Made by a program: the position numbers and the translations under genes. A model generated the notes under the pieces. The model did no database searches. It was not told the DNA's origin and worked only from the letters and a program-made list of their open reading frames with translations. This document shows, piece after piece, positions 46,190 through 53,475 of a DNA stretch of 53,475 nt (position 1 is the stretch's first letter; each line of letters begins with the position of its first letter). This stretch comes from a virus (lineage: Duplodnaviria; Caudoviricetes): positions 1 through 53,475 of the IMG/VR virus record IMGVR_UViG_3300045801_000004; one strand, 5' to 3'.

Positions 46190-47304
46190 GAGGCCAAATG
46201 TCACTATTTCCACGACCGCACGATGTTGATCCGTCGATCACGTCGGCGCGCGTCATCCTCGCGATCAAGAATTTTTCGCGTACTCCAGGTGTATGCCATA
46301 TCGGTTTGGGAGTCACCGCCGCCAACACGCAAAAAGTCTTGCGCCGACACGGCGTGCAAACTGAAGTCTGGTCAATCAACAAGACGCCGACCGAAAGTGA
46401 AGCGAAACTGTTATGGACGGAACTTGCGAAACGTGAGAACGACGCGCGACCGATCACGCATGTGATCGTTTCAAGTCCCGCATGGATTCAACCGCAAGAC
46501 TTTCAGAACCTTGCGATGCGCTGGCCGAACACGACATTTGTGCAATTGAACCATTCCGGCGCCGCTTATCTCAGCATTGACAAGTACGGCATTCGAAACA
46601 TTCGCGATGTGGTGTCGTTATCTGAGCAATTTCATAATGTGCGCGTGGCAGCCAACAACGAGCGCGTGGTTAAATTCATCTCAAGCCTGGGCGCAGACTG
46701 CTTATACCTTCCGAACCTCTATGATACTGCGACGTTTCAGAATCCCATTGTTCCGCCGCGTTTAGGCAACACGCTGCGAGTCGGCTCCTTTGGCGCATCC
46801 CGCCCGTGGAAAAACCAGCTATGCGCGGCAGAGGCCGCAATTATGATGGGTAAGGCATTGGGATGCCGCGTGGAGCTTTACGTCAATTCCAAGCGTCCCG
46901 ACGGCGGCGAGCGCATGATCGAAAGCCGCCAAGAATTGTTCACAGGAATGCCGCACGCGAAAATTGTAGACGTGCCGTGGATGCCGTGGACGAAGTTTAG
47001 GGACTTGGGCGCGACCATGCACTGCCAAATTTCGTGCAGTTTTGATGAGACGTTTTGCGTGGTCGCGGCAGACGGTATTGCCGAGGGCGTACCGAGCGTA
47101 ACCAGTTCCGCGCTTGAATGGACACCGCGCAACTGGTGGGCCGAATGCGAAGATCCAAGCGACATCATGCGCGTTGGGTTAGGACTCGTTCACAATCCGA
47201 TTCCCGCCGTCCACGAAGCCCGCGTATTGCTGCAAAAATACGTCTCGCTTGGCACGACCCGATGGCTGGATTACCTCACAGGAAAACCGCAAACACTGGT
47301 TTAA
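46186..47304 (+). CDS. GT-B fold (GT4-like) glycosyltransferase
   Basis: NHS, YLPNLY, VGSFGASRPWKN, SFDETFCVVAADGIAEGVPSVTS. Confidence 0.85.
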   Translation: MRGQMSLFPRPHDVDPSITSARVILAIKNFSRTPGVCHIGLGVTAANTQKVLRRHGVQTEVWSINKTPTESEAKLLWTELAKRENDARPITHVIVSSPAWIQPQDFQNLAMRWPNTTFVQLNHSGAAYLSIDKYGIRNIRDVVSLSEQFHNVRVAANNERVVKFISSLGADCLYLPNLYDTATFQNPIVPPRLGNTLRVGSFGASRPWKNQLCAAEAAIMMGKALGCRVELYVNSKRPDGGERMIESRQELFTGMPHAKIVDVPWMPWTKFRDLGATMHCQISCSFDETFCVVAADGIAEGVPSVTSSALEWTPRNWWAECEDPSDIMRVGLGLVHNPIPAVHEARVLLQKYVSLGTTRWLDYLTGKPQTLV

Positions 47305-47306
47305 GC

Positions 47307-47534
47307 ATGCCGCGCAGCAAAATCCAATCCATTCAGATGAAAGAGGGAAGCTGGTATCGGCTGGACTCCCCCGAAATCACTGAATGCTGCGCATGCAGTT
47401 TGGTCCATGTTACCGAATACAAGATCGAGAAAGGACGCCTTCTCTGGCGCTCCCGAGTCGATCACCGGGCTACGCGCGCCAAGCGCCGCGAGAACGGGAT
47501 TACGATTCTGAAGCAACCACCAGAGGACTTATGA
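47307..47534 (+). CDS. Small CCxCxLxH metal-binding protein
   Basis: ECCACSLVH...D.RAT...RR. Confidence 0.65.
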   Translation: MPRSKIQSIQMKEGSWYRLDSPEITECCACSLVHVTEYKIEKGRLLWRSRVDHRATRAKRRENGITILKQPPEDL

Positions 47535-47824
47535 GTGTCAGCAAACCAAAACCCCGCACAATAGAAGAATTCCGCCAGAATCACGACCGTAACGTGATTG
47601 TGCCGACCAAGATCAAAGCCGCGCTCGCCAAAATGTTGGAGATTGGCCCAGAGCATTACGAATACGAGTCCGACTTCATCAAGTTCGCAGGCATTAGCCA
47701 AACCGATATTAGCCTCCACCGAGATGCGTTTGCCGATCATGTCATTGAGACGACGGCGGTCGGCGGTCGCAGTCCCCGGCGCGTTTGGTTTGGCGATAAG
47801 AAAGTCGCGGCGAAATTACGATGA
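47531..47824 (+). CDS. Hypothetical protein
   Basis: SD GAGGA; ATGA overlaps at both ends. Confidence 0.7.
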   Translation: MSVSKPKPRTIEEFRQNHDRNVIVPTKIKAALAKMLEIGPEHYEYESDFIKFAGISQTDISLHRDAFADHVIETTAVGGRSPRRVWFGDKKVAAKLR

Positions 47825-48888
47825 AACGCACGATAGAAGATTTCAAGACGGCGCATGACCCGGCGACGATTATTAATAGCCTGCGCGCAGAACTGGCCGA
47901 AGCAAAAGGCCGCGCAGACACGGCGGAGATTTTACGAGAATGGATCGGGTCCGCAAAACAAACCCTAGAAAAAATTGAACCGCCAAAATGGCTATCGACG
48001 CCAAAAAAAGCGGGCGCTCCTGGCGTTCCCACAATACAGTTAAGCGACTTGCACTGGGGTGAAGTCGTTAAGCCAGAGCAGATCGGCGGCGTCAATTCGT
48101 ACAATCTGGCGATTGCGCGTCGGCGCCTTGAACACGTGGTTCAAAGCGCGATCAAACTTTCGCGCATATTGAGCCCCAAAATGGATTATCCCGGTGTCGT
48201 TGTGCCGCTGCTGGGAGATATGATTTCCGGCAATTTGCATGACGAACTGACGGCTACCAACGAATTTAACACGATGCCCACTGTGTTGGATTTGTATAGG
48301 CATTTGGTCGCGGCAATCAAAATTCTTGCGGATGAATTTGGACACGTATTTCTGCCATGTGTCAGCGGGAACCACGGACGCGACACGAAAAAGACTTGGG
48401 CGAAGGATCGCAACCATACGTCGTTTGATTGGTTGCTATACCAATTCCTTGCCGTCGCGTTCGCCGATGACCAAAGGATCACGTTCTATATTCCTGACGG
48501 GTCAGACGTGCTTTATCGAGTTTACGGCATGCGCTACCTTGGCACGCATGGCGACCAATTCAAGTCATCAGACTCAATTATTGGTGCGATAGGCCCAATC
48601 ACTCGAGGAGCTCAGAAAAAACTTGCGCGAAACGTTGCCGTCAATCAAGAATTTGATGTAATGATTTTCGGTCATTGGCATCAGCGTATGCTGTCATCGC
48701 AATTACGCGGAAACAGCACTTTGAAAGGTTTGGACGAATACGCGTATCAAGGCAATTTCAAATTTGAACCACCGTCGCAAAATTATTGGATGACACACCC
48801 CGACCACGGCATCACGTTTGACGCACCATTATTTGCGGACGCATCGGTCAAGATGCCCAAGGGTGCGTGGACAAGTTGGGCAAAATAA
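47821..48888 (+). CDS. Calcineurin-like metallophosphoesterase
   Basis: SDLH, GD, GNHG, HGD and GHWH motifs all present. Confidence 0.9.
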   Translation: MKRTIEDFKTAHDPATIINSLRAELAEAKGRADTAEILREWIGSAKQTLEKIEPPKWLSTPKKAGAPGVPTIQLSDLHWGEVVKPEQIGGVNSYNLAIARRRLEHVVQSAIKLSRILSPKMDYPGVVVPLLGDMISGNLHDELTATNEFNTMPTVLDLYRHLVAAIKILADEFGHVFLPCVSGNHGRDTKKTWAKDRNHTSFDWLLYQFLAVAFADDQRITFYIPDGSDVLYRVYGMRYLGTHGDQFKSSDSIIGAIGPITRGAQKKLARNVAVNQEFDVMIFGHWHQRMLSSQLRGNSTLKGLDEYAYQGNFKFEPPSQNYWMTHPDHGITFDAPLFADASVKMPKGAWTSWAK

Positions 48889-49088
48889 AATTGCATTTTT
48901 TTGTGAGCCAAGAGGCCGTACGCCAGTTCAAAAAAGACTGGCTGACGGCGCTCCTTGTGCGTCACGGAACGGTCGCGGCCACGGCACACGCCGCCGGCAT
49001 GAACCGCACGGACCTTCACAAGGTCATGCTTAAACTGGGCATCCAAACGCCGAAACCGCGCCACTATGGCAACTGGGGCGATCTATAG
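48867..49088 (+). CDS. Stand-alone Fis/NtrC-type HTH protein
   Basis: FKKDWLTALLVRHGTVAATAHAAGMNRTDLHKVMLKLGI. Confidence 0.7.
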   Translation: MDKLGKIKLHFFVSQEAVRQFKKDWLTALLVRHGTVAATAHAAGMNRTDLHKVMLKLGIQTPKPRHYGNWGDL

Positions 49089-49199
49089 CGACCAACACCC
49101 ATCGCAAACTCCCCGCTTGCGCTCCGATGCCGCCAATTCAGCGCCGCATCCCACGCAATGCGTGCGTTCCGCGCGCGCAAATACCCATAGTCTACGCAT
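49083..49199 (-). CDS. Small CxxC-CxxC zinc-finger protein (38 aa)
   Basis: MRRLWVFARAERTHCVGCGAEL...GVCDGCWSL. Confidence 0.5.
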   Translation of the reverse strand: MRRLWVFARAERTHCVGCGAELAASERKRGVCDGCWSL

Positions 49200-49425
49200 T
49201 TCCCGTCTCCACTAACGCCCGATGCGCAATGTCGCGCAGATCCCGACATCCCTTGCACGCGGTCCCGCATGACGCGATCCCGCCGAGCGTCTGCGACATT
49301 CGGATTAGATCCGCGTGCTGCGCTTTCAGGAGCCGCAGCAGTTTCCAGATCGAATGCTGCGAGCTCTCAAAATCTATCGGGATCGCCAGCCAATTGTCGA
49401 TCTCTGCGCGATCTTTGGGTGTCAT
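49192..49425 (-). CDS. Hypothetical protein
   Basis: ATGA coupling; LGGIASCGTACKGC. Confidence 0.6.
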   Translation of the reverse strand: MTPKDRAEIDNWLAIPIDFESSQHSIWKLLRLLKAQHADLIRMSQTLGGIASCGTACKGCRDLRDIAHRALVETGNA

Positions 49426-49538
49426 GGCTCGTCCTGCGCGTCGGCGATAATGGCGGCGTCAATGCGGTTGAACAACAATCGCGTGAGCGCGGCGGTCCAA
49501 ATCCCAGCGAAAAAACCCCATAAGAATTGCCATGTCAT
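49422..49538 (-). CDS. Small membrane peptide (38 aa)
   Basis: Strong SD AAGGAG; MTWQFLWGFFAGIWTAALTRLLF. Confidence 0.55.
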   Translation of the reverse strand: MTWQFLWGFFAGIWTAALTRLLFNRIDAAIIADAQDEP

Positions 49539-49578
49539 TGCTTGTCTCCTTGTTTAGAACTGGCATCAAGAGCGAACG

Positions 49579-50802
49579 CTATCCCTTGACGCATACGATT
49601 TGCCTCAGTTCCGCCACGATATCGACTAGATCGCTCTGATTGTCCATGACCTCTTGAATCGACTTGTAGGCGCCGGGGATCTCGTCAATCACGTCCGCGT
49701 CCTTACGACACTCAACGCCCTGCGTCTGAGCCTCCATATCGGCCAGCGTGAACTGACGCTTGGCCTGCCCTCGGCTCATCTTGCGGCCGGCGCCATGAGA
49801 ACATGAGTCGAACGCCTCGCGGTTGCCCTTGCCGCGCACGATGAAGCTGCGCGCACCCATCGAGCCTGGAATGATTCCCATTTCTCCCTCACGTACTCTG
49901 ACGGCACCCTTACGGGTCACGTAGACATTTGAGCCGAAATGCTTTTCCTTCGACACATAGTTGTGGTGACAGTTGACCGCCTCGGTGCTTCCATTCACCT
50001 GTATGCCGAGTTCCAGTGACATCGCAGCCATCGCACTTCCCATCATGAGGGCGCGGTTGGTTTGCGCGTAGTCCTGCGCCCATGAAAGCGCTTTCCAGTA
50101 GTCGCCAAAGATAGGTTCTGCCTCGGGGATGTAAGCCAGGTCCGGGTCCGGCAATTTGATGTAGTAGCGCTCCATCAGATCCTTGGCCTTTTGGATGAAA
50201 TACGACCCAATGCGATTGCCAGTTCCCCGACTCCCGCTATGGAGCATCAGCCAAAGGTCATTGGATTTGTCGATGCACAGTTCCACGAAGTGATTGCCAG
50301 TTCCCAGCGTGCCGAGCTGTCGCGCGCCGCTGTCCTGGGTTATCAGTTTGGAGTGCTTCTCCTTGACCTCGGTAAACCGAGTGTCCTCCTTGAGCCGCAC
50401 CCACTCATCAACCACGCGCCCCGGTACATCGCCCCAAGCGCCTCTGTCGTTCGCTGCGCCATTGTCCGTACGACCATGGGGGATGGCGGACTCAAGCGCT
50501 GAGCGCACGCCATGGAGGTTATCCGGCAGTTGATCGGGCCGAATATTCAGCTTCGCAGCCACCATGCCGCAGCCGATATCGACGCCGACGCTCGCCGGGA
50601 CTATTGCCTTGATCGTTGGAATTACGCTTCCAACAGTAGATCCCATACCCCAATGGACGTCAGGCATGACGGCGATGTGGCTATGAACGAACGGCAACGT
50701 CGCCATGTTGTGCAATTGCTTGAGCGCGGCATCCTCAATGTCGGTCGTCCAAATCTTGACCGGCGCGCAGCCTTCGTCTTTGAATGTCGTTTGAATTGGC
50801 AT
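49579..50802 (-). CDS. rtcB: RtcB RNA ligase (3'-phosphate/5'-OH)
   Basis: MPDVH, VGVDIGCG, LGTLGTGNHF, HSGSRG, HHNY, RKGA, PGSMG, SHGAGR, DEIP.AYK. Confidence 0.97.
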   Translation of the reverse strand: MPIQTTFKDEGCAPVKIWTTDIEDAALKQLHNMATLPFVHSHIAVMPDVHWGMGSTVGSVIPTIKAIVPASVGVDIGCGMVAAKLNIRPDQLPDNLHGVRSALESAIPHGRTDNGAANDRGAWGDVPGRVVDEWVRLKEDTRFTEVKEKHSKLITQDSGARQLGTLGTGNHFVELCIDKSNDLWLMLHSGSRGTGNRIGSYFIQKAKDLMERYYIKLPDPDLAYIPEAEPIFGDYWKALSWAQDYAQTNRALMMGSAMAAMSLELGIQVNGSTEAVNCHHNYVSKEKHFGSNVYVTRKGAVRVREGEMGIIPGSMGARSFIVRGKGNREAFDSCSHGAGRKMSRGQAKRQFTLADMEAQTQGVECRKDADVIDEIPGAYKSIQEVMDNQSDLVDIVAELRQIVCVKG

Positions 50803-50804
50803 AA

Positions 50805-51002
50805 CTATCCTTTGTCTGTCGAAGCGCACGTCATGGCCTGCGCGTAGTTCCAGTATATGTCCCAGTAGTCGTCCCTGGCATTGTGATCACGGACCGCAGT
50901 CACGCACACGTTTCCCAATGGCTGCCAACCTTTATCTAGCCAATCGGCCATGGCGGCGCACAGTTGGTCAGCGGTTTGGGCTTCGACGATTGCATACATC
51001 AT
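50805..51002 (-). CDS. DUF1737-like small protein
   Basis: Y.IVEA.....L...M...L..GWQPLG.V...YAQAM. Confidence 0.7.
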   Translation of the reverse strand: MMYAIVEAQTADQLCAAMADWLDKGWQPLGNVCVTAVRDHNARDDYWDIYWNYAQAMTCASTDKG

Positions 51003-51271
51003 GGCTTTGTTTCTCTGTCAGACCGTGATGCGAGGGCTTCACGGAATCCGCAATCGCATTTACCGGGACCAGCGCACGAGCCTAGATGCTGTCCGTATTT
51101 GAGAAACGCCTCCTCAAGCTCGCGGATGCGGGCCTCGGCAGCACGAAAATCGTCATACAATTGTGCGAGATGCATAGTGTTGACGTTTCCAGCCACATAC
51201 CCCGGAGTTCGTGGGGTTTCTTTTACCCACGCCGCAAAATAGCTTTTCATCAGCAGATCAGCGGCGCTCAT
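50999..51271 (-). CDS. Hypothetical protein
   Basis: SD GGAGG; YGQH..SC....CDCG. Confidence 0.6.
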   Translation of the reverse strand: MSAADLLMKSYFAAWVKETPRTPGYVAGNVNTMHLAQLYDDFRAAEARIRELEEAFLKYGQHLGSCAGPGKCDCGFREALASRSDRETKP

Positions 51272-51332
51272 TGCTCTGATCCTCCGCTGTTCGATGAGGG
51301 TAGACCACAATCGGTGATCGATTGAGAGCTGC

Positions 51333-51446
51333 TCATCTGCGCTCCGTTTTGTTGCATCGGAGACACCATCGCCAGCGCCAGTAACCAATACCCGGAATCT
51401 CGTGCTTAGGGCCGTACTCCCACTTGTGAAATATCCGGCACGTCAT
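51333..51446 (-). CDS. Small C/H zinc-binding phage protein (37 aa)
   Basis: SD AGGAG; MTCRIFHKW...WCLRCNK. Confidence 0.5.
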   Translation of the reverse strand: MTCRIFHKWEYGPKHEIPGIGYWRWRWCLRCNKTERR

Positions 51447-51481
51447 ACCTGCTCTCCTGCGACTGAATACTTCACGCAGTT

Positions 51482-51820
51482 TCATTGCTCAGCGCCTCCA
51501 TCGGCTTGTGAGCGGCGCGGGCATGGTGTGCAGCGAGTAGCATCGGTGGGATACCTGACCGAAGGGCAGTCCTCACAATCGGCAATCAAGCTCATGATGA
51601 CGTAGCCTGATTGAATCCCGTGCCAGTTGCGCAACAAATGTGTGACTGTGCGGCGAACTTCGCGCCCGGTGTATGTTTGCTCGACGGGACGCCACTCGCG
51701 AAGCAATAGCGTGTCGCCAAGACCAAACCCGCGATCATCAATCCGAATCTCGAACGTCTTGCGCCCGGATTCTAAGTTGTCCCAAAATTCCGGCCATACC
51801 TTTAGATCGTGCTCAGCCAT
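51482..51820 (-). CDS. ASCH/PUA-like (DUF3850) protein
   Basis: HDLKVWPEFW....SGRKTFEIR.DDR.F..GD.L.LREW....YTGR. Confidence 0.9.
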   Translation of the reverse strand: MAEHDLKVWPEFWDNLESGRKTFEIRIDDRGFGLGDTLLLREWRPVEQTYTGREVRRTVTHLLRNWHGIQSGYVIMSLIADCEDCPSVRYPTDATRCTPCPRRSQADGGAEQ

Positions 51821-51855
51821 GCTTCACCTCTGTGTCGGCAAAATGTAAAGCGGGT

Positions 51856-52083
51856 TCATTGCTGTTTCCCCTTACGAGATTCCTTGGCGAGTTCTACGTT
51901 GATGACGTCGGCGGTCAGTTCCCAAGACACAGCCCGTAGGGCCATCTCAACCAATTTCGGGATTTTTGCTTCCCCCGAACAGTAGCGCCGCACTTGGCGG
52001 TCGCTGATGCCGATATCGCGCGCCAAAGCGGCCTGGGAAACCCCCAGGCCGTCGATCAGCTTTCGCAGTTGGTTGCCGGTCAT
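51856..52083 (-). CDS. XRE-family HTH regulator
   Basis: LGVSQAALARDIGISDRQVRRYCSGEAKIP. Confidence 0.88.
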   Translation of the reverse strand: MTGNQLRKLIDGLGVSQAALARDIGISDRQVRRYCSGEAKIPKLVEMALRAVSWELTADVINVELAKESRKGKQQ

Positions 52084-52328
52084 GCTGCGGCCAACGCCGA
52101 CTGCGCATCAAGCAACGCCCGAACCAGCGCGTCGATCTCTTGTGCGTTCAGGCGGGCGACAGAGTAAACCGCGCGATCTTTTCCGCCCCCGGAAACCGCA
52201 GTCGGCCCGTTGCTCCACAATTGCAACGTAACGTCATCCGGCGAGGATTTATAGACGCGAATTCCCTTGGCGGGATGTTCTACGTCGATGCGGGCCGACA
52301 CGTTGATTTTCAGAAATTTGTCTTGCAT
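52080..52328 (-). CDS. Hypothetical protein
   Basis: SD AAGGAG before the ATG at 52328. Confidence 0.7.
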   Translation of the reverse strand: MQDKFLKINVSARIDVEHPAKGIRVYKSSPDDVTLQLWSNGPTAVSGGGKDRAVYSVARLNAQEIDALVRALLDAQSALAAA

Positions 52329-52353
52329 GGGGATCTCCTTAGTTGGTACGGCT

Positions 52354-52385
52354 ATATTAGGCCATACTGTCCTATAGGTCGTCAA
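52354..52385 (-). promoter_or_regulatory. Promoter with 20-bp spacer and operator-like palindrome
   Basis: TTGACG-20 bp-TAATAT; near-perfect palindrome TAGG(A)CA-GTA-TG(G)CCTA at 52358-52374. Confidence 0.5.
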
Positions 52386-52549
52386 GTCCTAATTTGCAAA
52401 AGCGCAGCTTCCGCAATGTCGTACATAGTCTGCGCGACATGCGGCAGCTTGTTGTGCGCGGCGTAAACTTTGCCTTCGATTAAAATCAAATTCAGCGCGT
52501 CGCGCAAAGAAGCGCACGTTGCCGCAAATTCCTCTTCGGTATGGTTCAT
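52382..52549 (-). CDS. Hypothetical protein
   Basis: GGAG SD; ATGA coupling. Confidence 0.55.
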   Translation of the reverse strand: MNHTEEEFAATCASLRDALNLILIEGKVYAAHNKLPHVAQTMYDIAEAALLQIRT

Positions 52550-52659
52550 GGTTCCGCTCCGGGTTTGGGTTTGTAGTACGGTGATCCGGGGCGTTTTGCG
52601 CATAGATACCACCCGCAATAGCCGCCGCAGTACTGACATGGCACGAGTGTAAAGGTCAT
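52546..52659 (-). CDS. Small Cys-rich protein (37 aa)
   Basis: GGAGG SD; PCQYCGGYCGWYLC. Confidence 0.5.
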   Translation of the reverse strand: MTFTLVPCQYCGGYCGWYLCAKRPGSPYYKPKPGAEP

Positions 52660-52865
52660 GCGTCCTCCGCTTTGGATGTACAGGTTGCTTGCCACATTAG
52701 GCACGGTTGACGCAAACAAGTCTGGCCGAAATAAAGCCCACACTGGCAGCGATGGTCGGTCCTGTAATTGGTGCCGATCTGCACTTGTAGTGGGCAAGTC
52801 AGCACGCTGGGCGCGTGGGCGCTCCCGCAGTTCGGACAGCGCCAGCCTTGAGGTTCAAACTGCAT
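52656..52865 (-). CDS. Cys-rich zinc-ribbon protein
   Basis: GWRCPNCGSAHAPSV.TC motif. Confidence 0.6.
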   Translation of the reverse strand: MQFEPQGWRCPNCGSAHAPSVLTCPLQVQIGTNYRTDHRCQCGLYFGQTCLRQPCLMWQATCTSKAEDA

Positions 52866-53079
52866 TCGGCTCTCCCTTTGATTGACGAGTAGCTCGCCAC
52901 AATCGAAGCTCGTCGGCGTCGGCCCAAAACGTCGGAGAGCCGCCCTCGGGGTCGCCACGCTCATGGCGCTGAAACCCGCAGTATAGATGAGGCACGGACA
53001 GATCGCCTTCGATCTGCGCGACGTGCAAGTCGGTCGCTTCCTCTTGCGTCAGGACCGCGTAACGGTTTTTGTCACTCAT
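52855..53079 (-). CDS. Hypothetical protein
   Basis: GGAG SD; lies in the chain of coupled ORFs. Confidence 0.55.
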   Translation of the reverse strand: MSDKNRYAVLTQEEATDLHVAQIEGDLSVPHLYCGFQRHERGDPEGGSPTFWADADELRLWRATRQSKGEPNAV

Positions 53080-53163
53080 GATTCGCTCCGTCACTCGCTT
53101 GTAAGTGCCCCTCGTATCGTGAGGGACAACCCCGCTGCTCTTCAGCTATCTGGAGGCAGGAAC

Positions 53164-53475
53164 TCATTTCGCATCCGCTCCGGTTTTCGGTGCGAACGGC
53201 CCTTTAGCGAATTGGTCCACCATGTTGTGTTTCGCTATAGGCCACCCGCACGCTTTACAATTCGCCAAGGCATTTGACTCCGGCAAATAGGGAAGGTCGC
53301 AAACGTATGGCGCTTGACCATTCGCCCATCCGCCGCCGCCGGTAACCTCAAATGTCGTTTCCGGTGTGAACGGAATGGCGCTGTCCGCGATCTGGTGAAC
53401 CTTGTACATGCGCTCGTCGCCATCCTCGTCGTCTCCGATGAACTGTTCGGCGAAGTCGGCTATCTCACGCAGCGC
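53164..53475 (-). CDS. Hypothetical protein (5' truncated)
   Basis: Frame is open to the window edge; CKACG.P...H. Confidence 0.55.
   Translation of the reverse strand, partial: ALREIADFAEQFIGDDEDGDERMYKVHQIADSAIPFTPETTFEVTGGGGWANGQAPYVCDLPYLPESNALANCKACGWPIAKHNMVDQFAKGPFAPKTGADAK

Larger units (their letters stand above)
1..53475. mobile_element. Tailed dsDNA bacteriophage/prophage genome segment (podovirus-like)
   Basis: Ordered TerS-TerL-portal-scaffold-capsid-connector-ejection-lysis genes, with a converging block of small early genes. No host housekeeping genes or att site seen. Confidence 0.97.

Noticed and set aside
1-53475. Stop-codon reassignment (TAG or TGA)
   Set aside because: Conserved genes are full length in code 11, and TAG/TGA stops coincide with next-gene starts (2132, 19383, 30837, 34258).
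1-53475. CRISPR array, tRNA or rRNA genes
   Set aside because: No regularly spaced repeats or cloverleaf found by eye in the few intergenic gaps; a tRNAscan-SE/Infernal run would be needed to exclude atypical RNAs.

Overview
The window is most of the late region and part of the early region of a tailed dsDNA phage or prophage. It is GC-rich and looks podovirus-like: P22-like portal, Mu gpT-like major capsid, large ejection proteins, and no tape-measure or sheath gene that I could recognise. Plus strand, in order: the tail end of a serine recombinase, small early ORFs, TerS, an inserted IbrB/IbrA (ParB/Srx + PAPS-reductase-fold) pair, TerL, portal, a GroES-like gene, scaffold and capsid. Next is a 12 kb accessory surface block (Gly/Ser/Thr repeat fibre, Fn3-stalked GH5 glycosidase, Fn3-stalked double lectin, GT-A glycosyltransferase, methyltransferase), followed by connector/tail genes, a free-standing GIY-YIG endonuclease, ejection proteins, a lysis cassette and a GT-B + metallophosphoesterase cluster. 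From about 49.1 kb the minus strand carries early genes, including RtcB. Most unusual signals: (i) a recurrent xxGG motif shared by five late proteins, which divides the 1429-aa ejection protein into paralogous segments downstream of an internal S74 autocleavage domain, with a stand-alone candidate partner domain nearby; (ii) the carbohydrate-active and possibly glycosylated surface module; (iii) the IbrA/IbrB candidate DNA-modification module with a fused third domain; (iv) two structured intergenic RNAs in the head operon. All family calls come from reading motifs by eye; no database searches were run.
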